The position numbers were made by a program, and so were the translations under genes. Below are positions 26,261 to 37,900 of a stretch of DNA of 64,000 bases, one piece after another. Under the pieces are notes generated by a model. The model was not told where the DNA came from, did no database searches, and saw only the letters and a list, made by a program, of their open reading frames with translations. The stretch is from IMG/VR virus record IMGVR_UViG_3300033153_004222, positions 17,288-81,287 of that record; one strand, 5' to 3'. Origin of the DNA: a virus. The number at the start of each line of letters is the position of its first letter. The stretch's first letter is position 1.

Positions 26261-26848
26261 TCAATCGAAATCTGATTCTTCTAATAAGGTATAAGTAAAA
26301 CTATTTCCCCAATTTTCTGCAGCTTGTTTAAAGATATTCATTTCTATTTTAAAAATAGACTCAGTAGGTTGTACTTGACATCCGGCACTCCATTTATCTA
26401 CTCTGGTACTATTTTTTCCTGCTTTATGGTGGTTTATACCAAATAAGCCTGTATCTGTTTTTCCAGAAGAAGTGATTAAATGATCTTTATCATTATCTCT
26501 GTAGACAGTACAAGGTTTAACCTGGCGTAATGCATCATATTTCCCCTGGTGTTTTCCAATTGCCCACATTCCTCTGTATTGCCCTGGCTTTAAGATTGCT
26601 GTTCCTTTAACATTCATAGGATTTTCTCTCCAATAATGCCCAGGATCTGTCGTTATTGGAAATATCATAGTGTTCCAATATCCCATATATTTCCATAAAA
26701 GACACATATGGTCATTGAAGCTGTTAGAATTAGTATCATTTGTTCTAATTCCTATAATATTAATATTAAAATTCTTATGGTCTTGTTCAAAGACTACATA
26801 ATTTTTTATTTTTAATACTCTTACAATTGCTAATACATTTAAATTCAT
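26261..26848 (-). CDS. putative endolysin with an L,D-transpeptidase (YkuD)-like His/Cys motif
   Basis: TTDPG, GTAILKPGQY and GINHHKAG...WSAGCQV (H-x~13-SxGC); last gene of the late arm. Confidence 0.65.
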   Translation of the reverse strand: MNLNVLAIVRVLKIKNYVVFEQDHKNFNINIIGIRTNDTNSNSFNDHMCLLWKYMGYWNTMIFPITTDPGHYWRENPMNVKGTAILKPGQYRGMWAIGKHQGKYDALRQVKPCTVYRDNDKDHLITSSGKTDTGLFGINHHKAGKNSTRVDKWSAGCQVQPTESIFKIEMNIFKQAAENWGNSFTYTLLEESDFD

Positions 26849-26865
26849 AATTTAATTTTAATTAA

Positions 26866-27921
26866 TTAAGTATGTTCTAAAAATATATCAAAGTCATATA
26901 CTTTAGTTACAGCTGTAGCAGGTATAGTTATAATAAAAGTATAATAATAATTTGTAAAAGGTCCTATACCTATACTATCAGTTGGAGGAGGTGGAACTTG
27001 TACTAAATTAGCAGGTTGAATTTTATATAATGTTCCTACATCTCCTATTTCTACAGGAACATTTAATGGTCCACTTGGAACAAATAATCCGCCAAATAAA
27101 TGTACACCAGAAGCAGTATAGTTATTCATTCCTGCTCCATTACCATAAGCCACATATCTACCCACAGCTGGAACTTGATTTGGTGCTGGACTATCTGCTG
27201 CAATAAAATTTGAATATACTTTAGTGGTTACTAATGTTTTTTCAGGATTAAAATTTGCAGTTGCCCAATAATCTTGCCCCGGAGTAAAAGTCAAAGTAGT
27301 TATTCCATTTATATTTATATCATTCCACCAATTTGGTCCAGGAGGATTAATTAATTGAGCTCCCGGATTACCAACTCCATACGCATTTGTATTGGAAGGT
27401 CCATTTGTATGAGAAACACTTATTCTTAAAACTTGAATTTGTCCGGTAGCAGGTGGAGTCCAGGTCCAAGCTCCGGGCAGAGGATTTGCAGTACAATAAA
27501 AAACATATGCACTACCATCATTTGGAATTGAGGCAGATCCATTAACTACACCGTTTATTTCTCCACCTACTACAGATGGAAAAACTAATATCGGCATTGT
27601 TGAGTTATTTATAAAGACTACTTGTCTGCCACTAACAGGATCAGGTAGTCTTGTAGCTAAATCTGTTATAGTTGATGTAGCTATTAAATTAACACCATAA
27701 ATAGCTTGGGATGTAGAAGCTATAGTAGTTCCTTGTAAAACTAATGTTTGAACATCTGAAGTATCATTTTCTTCTAAATCTTCATAAATTTTACTTACAA
27801 TATTATCTACACTATGAGGTCTTACATAGGTATCATATGTATAATTATCATCAGCTGGAGGGCTTATTTGTGCTCCTTTTTTAAGTAGAGCTAATTCTTC
27901 AGGAGTGTATTTAAGGGCCAT
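26866..27921 (-). CDS. putative virion/tail-associated beta-rich protein
   Basis: 351 aa, Thr/Pro/Gly/Asn-rich, in the late operon. Confidence 0.55.
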   Translation of the reverse strand: MALKYTPEELALLKKGAQISPPADDNYTYDTYVRPHSVDNIVSKIYEDLEENDTSDVQTLVLQGTTIASTSQAIYGVNLIATSTITDLATRLPDPVSGRQVVFINNSTMPILVFPSVVGGEINGVVNGSASIPNDGSAYVFYCTANPLPGAWTWTPPATGQIQVLRISVSHTNGPSNTNAYGVGNPGAQLINPPGPNWWNDININGITTLTFTPGQDYWATANFNPEKTLVTTKVYSNFIAADSPAPNQVPAVGRYVAYGNGAGMNNYTASGVHLFGGLFVPSGPLNVPVEIGDVGTLYKIQPANLVQVPPPPTDSIGIGPFTNYYYTFIITIPATAVTKVYDFDIFLEHT

Positions 27922-27963
27922 AATATTTAATTTAATTTTTTAAATTTTCTATTCTTCTTTTAG

Positions 27964-30900
27964 TTATTTCCATAACATCCATTTCAATCTATTTTCAGGA
28001 GCTGTCATTGCTCTTATTTCTTTCCACATAGGTATACTCTCATCAAATTGCTTCCATATTTTAGCATCTCCTTCATCATATAAACCTGTATCTCTTGTAT
28101 ATCGTGGGATATCTCCTTCTGTTATTAAAGATGTTCCCATTCCAAAAATACTTCCTACAGTTCGAGCTATATGTTCTACTGTACTCATTGAAGCTGATGG
28201 AGATTTTAGAATTTGTAATGCTTCTTTTATATTCCAAGGCATATACATTTTCATTTCTGCATTTAATCTATGTAATTGAAATAATACCATATTTTCTACC
28301 CAATTTCTTTCATCATCTTCATCGTCTAATCCTGCTAACATTCCTATAAGTATGGTAATACCTAACATAATAGTACCCTCTGCATAAGATCGTCTAATGT
28401 TTTGTTTTTGCCAATCTTTTAAGCCTCCTTTAGTATCATTATAAGCAGCTACCCAACCTACTTGATTAGCTTTATGATTTTTAAAGACATTTCTAAAAAA
28501 TTTAAATACTGTTAAATAATTTCCTTCTTCGTATGACTCTAATCGTTGGTTAAATCGTGTAGATCCCCATCTTCTTTTTATAGAAGGATATAACCATTTT
28601 CTAAATAATATTGCTAACCTACCTGCCCAAACATACTGAGCATTTATAAGATCCTGGCTATTATATACTCCATGAAGTTTTTGACTTACTTGTTTTATTT
28701 TTTGTGAATCTTTTATTAATTGTTCTTCAGTATAATCTACTACATCATCGCTTAATACTAATTTTCCATTTTTATCTTGTTGATACGCATCAAATAATTT
28801 TATTTCTTTTCCGCTTTTTGTTTTAACCATTTTACCTTTAAGGAAAGCTATCATAAGAGTTACTTGTATCTCATGCTCTCCTCCTTTTTGCATAAAAAAC
28901 ATTGCATTTGTATTGAGCAATCTTTTCCAAAGTTTATTTCCGGTAATAGGAGTTCCATATTCATCATATTCTTGAAGACCATCATATAAACGAACCAGCT
29001 GACCTAATTTACTTTTAGGAGTTTTATGATTTATATCACTTAAAAATCCCATCATACTTCCTAAATATGTTTTTTGAGCAGAAATAAAAGTCTTTTTATC
29101 AAAATGTTGTCCTGCATGAGCCTCTACAAAATTCATTGTTTTGCCCATAGTAACATTAGAAATTCCTGAAAATAAGTTAAAAGCTAATGTTCTCATACTA
29201 CTATACTTATTCAGAGCATCAGCTAATTTTGTTTTAACAAATCTTTTATTTCCTATTTGAATTTCTGAAGAATCTTTTCTCATTCCATAGAATACCATGT
29301 CCATATACATATCAAATTGCTTATATCCATTGGTTTCATTTCCTTGCATTGTATCTGCTCGTTGCATAGGAGTTCCATGTTTCTTTCCTTTAACCGTGTT
29401 TATAAGTCCTCCTGTAGTTTTTGCTACTTGTCTGTTAGATAATAGATCTCTTAGAATTTCAAGTTCAGCTGCAATAGTATTCATCTGACTATTATTTATA
29501 GCCATCGCACCAAAAGCAGATAGACTATTTCCTAAATCATAGGATAATTCTCCTGGAGGAATCATTCCTTTTTTTTCTCCAATTTGAGCATGGTATAATA
29601 CCGGAACAAATCTATGATCTCTAACTTGTTTTTCAGTACCTGGCTCACCAAACCCTACATCATCTGCTTGTAGTGTTGTAGCATCTTTTATTTCTTCTCC
29701 TAAAACTCTAATAATTCCTTGTTTTCCAGCTACTCTTTCATGGGCTCTTGCTCTTATAGAAGGTAAGTTTAATCCTCTATTAAATTGATACGGAAGCTTT
29801 TTTTGAAGTTTATAATAGGTTTGAGTAAAATATTCATAATATTCAAACTCTTTAGAATCTTTTCCAAACTTTTTAAGAGCAGTATCATAATTTATAAGCC
29901 TTCCATCTGTTTCTCCTTTATCATCTTTAGCATAGAAAATATCATATAAAGCTTTAGGATCTCCTATTCTAATTCCTTGATTTGCTCTAAATTTTTCAAA
30001 TGCATTTATTTTAGCATACAGTTCATCTTCAAATCTATTAGTTTCTAATCTTCCTTTTTCTTTTTGTTCATTAACCATTTTAGCTCCTAATGCAATTATT
30101 TGATCAGAAGATTCTGCTAAAGTTTCTACCCATCTGGTAAAAGAATTTGTATCTGTTAGTCCTTTTTCAAGCTGACTTTCTATATCTGCTTCAGTTAAAT
30201 CCGTATTTGCATTTAGTTTTTGTAAAACTTTCGCTAAAAGAGGTCTGCCTATTTTTTTAAAGTCTGCATTAATTGTATTAATTAAGTTATCAAATCCTGC
30301 TTTAAACATCATCTGTTTCTCTGGAGCAATAACTGTTTTGAATTCTTCTGATTCTTTAATTTCATCTAATAAAGCACGGATAAAATCAATATTATATATC
30401 TCTACATATCTTTTATATCTCAAAAGCTCTTTGGCATCTATCTCATCCCCTGCTTCCATAGCAGCTAATAAAGATTTGAATTTTTTTCTTACAAATAATA
30501 AATCTGTTTGAGCTTTTCCTAAAAAGTTTAACATGGCTAAGTTCTTTTCCTTTCCATCTAAAAGAACATTCATATATTTTAAATTTTCAATTATTTTAGC
30601 CACTTTAGGATCTCCTCTTTTACCGGAACGCTCAATAGCTTTTATTTTAAGCTCTATAGAGTTTTTAGTATCAATAATTACATCCTGAATATTACTTATT
30701 TCTTCTTTTATCTCTGCTTGGGGTGCTTCTTCTTCTGTTTTTTCTTCTTCTTTTTCCTCTGTCTGTTCTTTTTTTATAATTTCTGCATCATCTTCTATAT
30801 CAGGAGTTTCTGTTTGTTGATAATATACTGTATCAGTCATATTATTTGCAGAAAGACCAGTAGCATCTCCATTTAATATATTAGATGCTAATTCTCCATA

Positions 30901-31968
30901 TACAGCTCTAACCTCTTTAGAAAGTTTTTTAACATCTGCTTTTCTAAATATAGATTTAAATCTTTCCCAGGCCCGTTTGATAGTATTTAATAATGTTTTA
31001 GGCTGCTCATTCTTAAAATTAGTTATAAGAGCCTGTCCAATTAGCTTTCCTACTGTTTCAGCGATATATTTATCCTCATTATCTTTATACAGATGAGCAT
31101 AATCTTTTTTTACTTTAGTATAAGTGTCTGTTTTAACAGCTAAACTCCTCATTCTCTTTACTAAAGGATTATCTTTTCCCAAAAGTTCATAGATAAAGTG
31201 TCCTGCTTCTTCAGGGATAGTTGTAAGATCTGCTTTTCCTTGCGAGATCATTATAATTTTATTTGTGATATCAGCTACTCCGGCTGCATCTACGCCCATT
31301 TTCTCCTTTAAGGAAGCGTATGCCTCTATTGTAACACCAAAAGGGCTTAGAAAGGCTATAAGACGGTTTTCTAATTCAATTTCTCGCTCATTAATCGCCT
31401 GTTGTCGTATAGGATGGACAATATCATTCTCAGAATTCAGATCAATAGCTGTTCTAACTTGACTGTCTGAATGAATATTTAATTCTTTAAATCCTTTTAA
31501 TGCAATGTCTATACCTTTTTGATGTAGTTTGTCTGCAAATGCTACTCGTTGTCCTCTTGTAGGAACAGTCTTTATCCCAAGATCAGCGGCAACAGCCTTA
31601 TTAAATTCTATTATATTATCATAAACTTGAATATTCTCAGAATTAACAAATACAGGAGTAACATTCCCAAATTTTTCTGCATAGGATTTATCATTAGTAA
31701 AGTATATTCCTTCTCCTATTTTTGCAGCTCCTCTATTTCTCTTATAATTGTACCTATCTATTCCTGTATCTTCCCCTCTGTACATAACCAGAGCTTCTCC
31801 ATTTTCATCTACAACCTTTGTTTTACCAAATTCTTTTTCAAATGTAGGAGTCTTGGTTACTACCCAAGTCTTTAAAGCCTCAGCTTGTCCATAATCTTTT
31901 TCTAAAGAACTAAATATTTTAGAATCTTTTCCGTTAGGTGCTTTTACAAAATCTACTTTACAAGCCAT
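27964..31968 (-). CDS. large ejection/virion protein with an N-terminal ADP-ribosyltransferase-like domain and a degenerate zincin
   Basis: 1334 aa directly downstream of the RNAP; VVDENGEALVMYRG...GEGIYFT...V.PVFV...E; IPEEAGHF; helical C-terminus as in crAss-like giant proteins. Confidence 0.7.
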   Translation of the reverse strand: MACKVDFVKAPNGKDSKIFSSLEKDYGQAEALKTWVVTKTPTFEKEFGKTKVVDENGEALVMYRGEDTGIDRYNYKRNRGAAKIGEGIYFTNDKSYAEKFGNVTPVFVNSENIQVYDNIIEFNKAVAADLGIKTVPTRGQRVAFADKLHQKGIDIALKGFKELNIHSDSQVRTAIDLNSENDIVHPIRQQAINEREIELENRLIAFLSPFGVTIEAYASLKEKMGVDAAGVADITNKIIMISQGKADLTTIPEEAGHFIYELLGKDNPLVKRMRSLAVKTDTYTKVKKDYAHLYKDNEDKYIAETVGKLIGQALITNFKNEQPKTLLNTIKRAWERFKSIFRKADVKKLSKEVRAVYGELASNILNGDATGLSANNMTDTVYYQQTETPDIEDDAEIIKKEQTEEKEEEKTEEEAPQAEIKEEISNIQDVIIDTKNSIELKIKAIERSGKRGDPKVAKIIENLKYMNVLLDGKEKNLAMLNFLGKAQTDLLFVRKKFKSLLAAMEAGDEIDAKELLRYKRYVEIYNIDFIRALLDEIKESEEFKTVIAPEKQMMFKAGFDNLINTINADFKKIGRPLLAKVLQKLNANTDLTEADIESQLEKGLTDTNSFTRWVETLAESSDQIIALGAKMVNEQKEKGRLETNRFEDELYAKINAFEKFRANQGIRIGDPKALYDIFYAKDDKGETDGRLINYDTALKKFGKDSKEFEYYEYFTQTYYKLQKKLPYQFNRGLNLPSIRARAHERVAGKQGIIRVLGEEIKDATTLQADDVGFGEPGTEKQVRDHRFVPVLYHAQIGEKKGMIPPGELSYDLGNSLSAFGAMAINNSQMNTIAAELEILRDLLSNRQVAKTTGGLINTVKGKKHGTPMQRADTMQGNETNGYKQFDMYMDMVFYGMRKDSSEIQIGNKRFVKTKLADALNKYSSMRTLAFNLFSGISNVTMGKTMNFVEAHAGQHFDKKTFISAQKTYLGSMMGFLSDINHKTPKSKLGQLVRLYDGLQEYDEYGTPITGNKLWKRLLNTNAMFFMQKGGEHEIQVTLMIAFLKGKMVKTKSGKEIKLFDAYQQDKNGKLVLSDDVVDYTEEQLIKDSQKIKQVSQKLHGVYNSQDLINAQYVWAGRLAILFRKWLYPSIKRRWGSTRFNQRLESYEEGNYLTVFKFFRNVFKNHKANQVGWVAAYNDTKGGLKDWQKQNIRRSYAEGTIMLGITILIGMLAGLDDEDDERNWVENMVLFQLHRLNAEMKMYMPWNIKEALQILKSPSASMSTVEHIARTVGSIFGMGTSLITEGDIPRYTRDTGLYDEGDAKIWKQFDESIPMWKEIRAMTAPENRLKWMLWK

Positions 31969-34900
31969 TATTCATTACATTTTATTTGTGAATCTCCATC
32001 TTCTTGTGCTTTTTTCATAGCATCTGTAAATTCTTTACTTCCTCTTACTTCTAACTCATCCATATCATCTCCTAAATTTATATTTGTTTCTCCCTGTTCA
32101 TAAGAAATCTGTTCCTCAACAGTTTTATTAACAATATTATTATCTGTGGCTACAATATTTGTATTATCTCCAGGAGTAGTTACAGTAGGATCAGGTGAAC
32201 CAGCTGTAGGTTTAGCAGGAGGTCCTGATGTATCTACATCCGTGTTATCAGGATGAATTGATTCTGGATTGATTTCCTCTGGATAAACTTCAAAGAATTT
32301 ATTTTGTTCTCCTAAAGCATCCATATGAGTATAATGTGCAAAAGCATTTTTAGAAGTTGCTCCTCCTCCTTCTAACAATTTTCTATATCCTCTACGTTTC
32401 TTAGAATTTTTATCCCACATAGTTACAACTTGTGGAAAACCATTTATAGCACTTCCTTTTTTTCCTTGAACGAAAAGATTTGAATCTTCTCCTACAGAGA
32501 ATGTTTCTATAAAATGCCTTTTGCTTTTAGTATATCCCATAGTAATAGGAGAAACTTGATCAGCTCTAACTTTTTTAATTAGTTTAGGATCGCTAATTCT
32601 ATTTCTTAGTATTTGCATAAGAAGTTCCGGTACAGCTAATGCTTCTATTTTTTTATCTTCTTCAATAGCTTTTCTATCTCTTCCTTCTGAATCTTGTTCT
32701 TCTAAAGATAAATACCCCCAGCCGTGTGAATCTCTTCCTGCTAAATAAGGAAAGTAAGTTTTAAATGATCCTTCATTTAAATCTTTTAAAAATTTTGATA
32801 AACTGGCTGTTGTATTTCCTGCAATATCTTCTCCAAGACTTTTCCATATAATAAGAGGTATTAGATCTACAAAAGAATTAGGTCCAGATTGAAAACCAGA
32901 AGTTCGTATTGAATAATCTACTAAGTTTGTCATTACTTTTTTGACATGCTCTACTGCTTTTTGCTTTTCTGCTGCATTTAATCTTATATGCTTCCCTGAT
33001 TTAGAATCCCATTTTACATTAACATTTCTTTCTGTATGATAAAATAATTCATAAAAGGCATCTACAAATGCAGATTTAGTTTCTTGTGTATAAGAAGCTG
33101 CATTGTTGAATCGTACCATTTGAAACTTGTTACTACCATTATAAATATCTCCTGATAAATATTTTAGAAGTTTATTCTCCCCTAAATTATATAAGTACTT
33201 TATATTGGTTAAGTCTTGTGCTACTGTTTGATTTGATTCTCCTTCTTTTGGTTTAAATAATTTCTTTTTACTTTCTTCTTTTGTTCTTTGATTCATAAGG
33301 GCTGCAACTGGAGATCCTTGTGTGAACATTATAAAAGAATAGATATCCGAATTCATTCTTTCTATTAATTTTTTATCATTAAATGTCCCATTTTTCTGAT
33401 GAGTCATTTCTGCCAAGAATTTTTTTGCTCTTAAAAAGAAATCAGAATTATAAGGCATAAATTCAGATATAACTTCTTCTGCTCCTAAAATAGCATGTTC
33501 ATAATAAGCATTTAGTCTTGGAGAACTTGAAGGTCCTACAGGTTGCTTTGTAACTGCATCTTTAGCTGGATATACTCCTTTTACAGTTATATTAGCTTCT
33601 CCAGACTCTACAAAGTTTTTATTATTTAACCATAGCTCTATATCAGATAGCCCACTCATTGCTGTAAATCTATCAGGAGCTAACATTTTATTAGATTTAG
33701 CTAAATCAGATCCCATATCCCAATACTTAACAAAGTCCATTAAAACTTGTTTTTGGAATTGAAGCCCTGGGACTTGACCATGTTTTCCAGCTCCAGTTAT
33801 GCCGCTACTACCTGGCTCCTCTTCAGCCATTTCAGATATATCTTTTCCTAAAGATTTTCTTAAACCTTCTGGTGTTATTTTTATTCTATTTTCTTCTGCA
33901 GCTCCATATTGAATCTTCTTACCATTAGGTCCTTTAGTTGGCAAATTTAATTCTGCTGCCATTCTATTAGCAGTTTCAGAGGGAGTATATGCATGTTCAT
34001 CTAATGCAAATCTCTTTTTAAGTTCTCTTATTACAGGTTGATTTATAAAATCAGTAGCTATACTATTATTTATTCCCAGCCTATTGAACATAGCTACTAT
34101 ATTAGCAGTAAATGTATTTATATTTAAACTACCTGTAATTGGATCTTTTGCATTATCAAGAGAAGCATTTAAATCTTCATTTAAATATAAAGATCGTAGC
34201 TCTCCATCAAATCCATATATTCCACTTAAATCTCTTATTGGATTTTCTTTAGTTCCAATAGTTACTCCCTCACCATTATCCATTTCTATAAATACTCCTT
34301 TTTTAGGATCTGTTATTTGAATGTCAATATCTTGGGATAGTGCATGGGCTACAGAATGATTAGCAAATATTCCTACTAATACTTTAGCATCTTTGTTTAC
34401 AGATTCTAAATAGACATCTGTATAAGCAGAGTTAAAGTTGAAAGTTCCGGTATCTTGAAGCATTCCTGGTATTTCACCATACTCCTTCATTTTATTTTTA
34501 TAAGTATCTGTATCTAAAGGATTTATAACATCAGGTGCATGATTTTTAGATGTTAGTATCCCAAATCTTATAGAGAATAATACATTTTGAATTTCTTTAT
34601 CAGTTAAAGAGCTAACATCAATTTTTCCATCTTTTAAGGCTTCTATTTTATCTGCAACAGGAACTTTTTGAAAAGTATTTTCTCCTGTTTCCTCTAAAGC
34701 AGGATAAAATAGATTTAATTTATCAACATCAAAGTCAGCTCCAGTTTGAGTAGTTATATCAGCTGGTAATACAATCTGTCCTTTAGCGGTTGGGGGAAGA
34801 ACCTTTTTAATTATTAAAGGAAGCATTGAACTTTTTCCTTGAGTTGGAATACGATATCCTACTAATTCAAGAACCGACTTATCCATTCCTGCTCTTTCCA

Positions 34901-37900
34901 TAGCTTGATAATCCACAACTCCTGTTTCAGAATTTACATACTCTAATAAACCAAGTTTATTGGCTTGTTGGTAGGAAATAGCTACTTCTGCTGCTTTTAG
35001 TCTTCCATCTTCAAATCTATAATACCCAAGATCATTTGTTTCATCTAATCCATATTCTGCTACCTGGACAGCAGAATCTCCTGGCATTCTTTGTGTCATT
35101 ACTCTTGCTTTGAATATAGACGCTAATGCTATCTCAAATTTCTTTGCATAAGCAGGAAAAGAAAGGGGCATTGCAAATTGTATCTCTCCTTCTATTTTTT
35201 CAATTTCTAAAGCAAGACTGTAATTATCTGGAAGTTCTCTGGACTCTATCTGCTCTAAGAGAAGTTTTTGAATTTTCTTCAAAAAGTTTAAAGCTATATC
35301 TGGATCATTAGGATTGTTTTTAAATTCATTCCATCCTAACTCTTTAGATAATTTATCAGCAGTTCTTTTTATTTTTTCTACATATACAAGATCGTTTACA
35401 TTTTTTATATCCTCAGTTAAAAGCTCTTTAATTCCTTCTATACTATCGTAGATAGCACCTGGAACCATATCTGCTGTTATTAATTTTACTATTTGAGAAC
35501 CATCTTTAGGATTCATTCCTTTTTCTGCTGGTAAAACAAATGGACTTCTTTCATTATCAGATTGAAGAACATGAACTTCCATGTTTTCTAACTCTGCACT
35601 TGATTTATTGTTATATTTTGTTACTCCACTTTTTCCTACTTTTACAGCTGACTCTAAATTAACAGCATCAATTTTTGTTAATCCTTTATCTGCAAACTCT
35701 CCAGTTGTTTCCATTCTTCGTCTAAGCTTATCTAATTCAGGATTAGTTTTAGTAAAAGCAGGATACAAAGGAACGGTTGAATGTTTTATTTGTGTAAATA
35801 CAACTTGCTGAAGAGTTTCATCAAAGTGATATCCAAAAGAAAATGTTTTTAAAGGTTTAAGAGCTAACTTTTGAGCCCATTCAGGCCATGTATTGGGATC
35901 GGATTCTTTAGTCCAATATTCATTATAAGCTACTTCATGGCTATGTTCTCCTTCTGTTGTCCATTCTCCTCTTCCTTCCATAGTTTTCTTATGGGCCTCC
36001 AGAGTTGTGTATCCTTGTGCATCTGATTTATTACTGCCTCTTCTGTAAGGGAGAACTATTTTAACTGCTTTTCTTTCAGCGACAGGAAGTGCTTTAAAGA
36101 AAGCATCTAATTTTTTTTCTAATTTTTTCTTCTTGGTCTTATCAGTTTCCTCATTTATTTTTTCTTCTAAAGCTTCAATATGTTTAATAACATTTTTAGC
36201 TCCTGTAACTCCTAAAGCTCCTTCCCAAGATGGATTTTTAGTAAAACCAATTGCTAAATTGGCGGCTCTATTTAAGGACATTTTAGAATAAATATCCTCT
36301 ATTATGGCCATTCTTATCTCTTTAGTTTTTCCATAATCATCTTGAGAATTAGAATCTAAAGCCATTTGTGATACCATATGGTCTAAGCCAGGAGTAATGG
36401 ATTGATATGCCCTCTTACCTGCATCTACAACTACACTCACAAATTTTCCTTTGGCTCCTGGAAATTCATCATTTTTAGAAATATCTTTCTCTGTAGATTT
36501 ATAATAAGCCAGATCTCCATTTTCATATTTGCTGAACTCAGTTCTCCATACAAGATCATTGAGTAAAAATTCAGTCATAGCATCATCAACATCTGACACT
36601 ACAATAGGATTTTCCTCTGTTCCTATATTAGTAGTAGAACTTGAAAATTTATCAGGTGATATTTCATCAGAATAAAATTTTCCATCATGCTCTACTAAAA
36701 CTCCATCTGCAACCATAGCTCGTTTGCTTCTCAAAGTTTCTCGTTCCATAAAAGCATCTAAAGCTTTATCTACAGCAGTTAATTCTGTTTTATTAAAGAA
36801 TTTTACATTACCATCAGAATCAAATAAGTTATAATTAGTAAAATTTAAATCAGGAATAGACATAAATTTTAATCCGTTTGCCGCCTCTCTATTCAGAGTG
36901 CCGTCAGGATTTTTTCCTTTATAATGGTAGTTTTCTTTAAGCTTACTATCCGGTAAAGCATTTTCACCAAACAATTGTGAATGAACTCTTGATATTCTTG
37001 CCCTTTCTTGTAGAACATTTCTTCTTAATACAGCTTTTGCTGCATTTTTAACTCCTTGAATCTCTCCTATTAAACCTCCTGTTGCATTAAGCTGTGGTAC
37101 TTTATTTTTGTTACTTGCTAATAAAGGAACTCTTATATAAAGAGAACGCCCCTTATCTGATTTAGTTCCAGTATTTATAAGTCCGTATCCTGTATTTTTA
37201 TAATGACCATTATTTCTGTAAAAATTTAACCTTGTTAACCAGGTTTGTTTAGGTGTCATTTTATCATAGGTAATAGCTTCATCACCTCTTTCCAATTTTG
37301 TACTATCTAATTCTATTAGGGCAAACTCTTCCCTTACTTTATTAATACCATTAGAATCTTTAAAATCAAGTAGTAATGAAAATAGCATTGACCTGGCAAC
37401 TCCGGTATCATCAGGATTATAATATACATCTCTATTAAATGTTTCCCATATTTTTTCGACTCCTTCTTTGGTAGCCATCTCTGAAGAAAGCTTAGATAGA
37501 TAAGAATTTAGATTTATAGAATAAACCAATTTGCCCTCACCATTAGTGAAAGAACCTGTGTATAAATCACTACTAACATCTTGAACTAACTGAGCTATCT
37601 TTTTAAAATTCTTAGTTTGACCTTTAGCTCCTGTAGTAGTATAAGGATTACTTCCTTTTGAAATTTGTTTATTAGAAGGATTATACCCCAATTCTTTTAG
37701 TATATGAGAAAATTTTCCTTCAACTACTGTTTTTTGAAACTCTGAAGGAGGATACGTAGTTTCAAACATCTTTAGAACATTGGGTTCAAATTCAATTCCA
37801 ATATGTTTAAAAACTCTGTTTACATGTTTATAATATTCAGTAGGATTCTTGATATGAGAAAATAGGTCTTGATATTGTTTTCCTAAATTAGAAAGTACAG

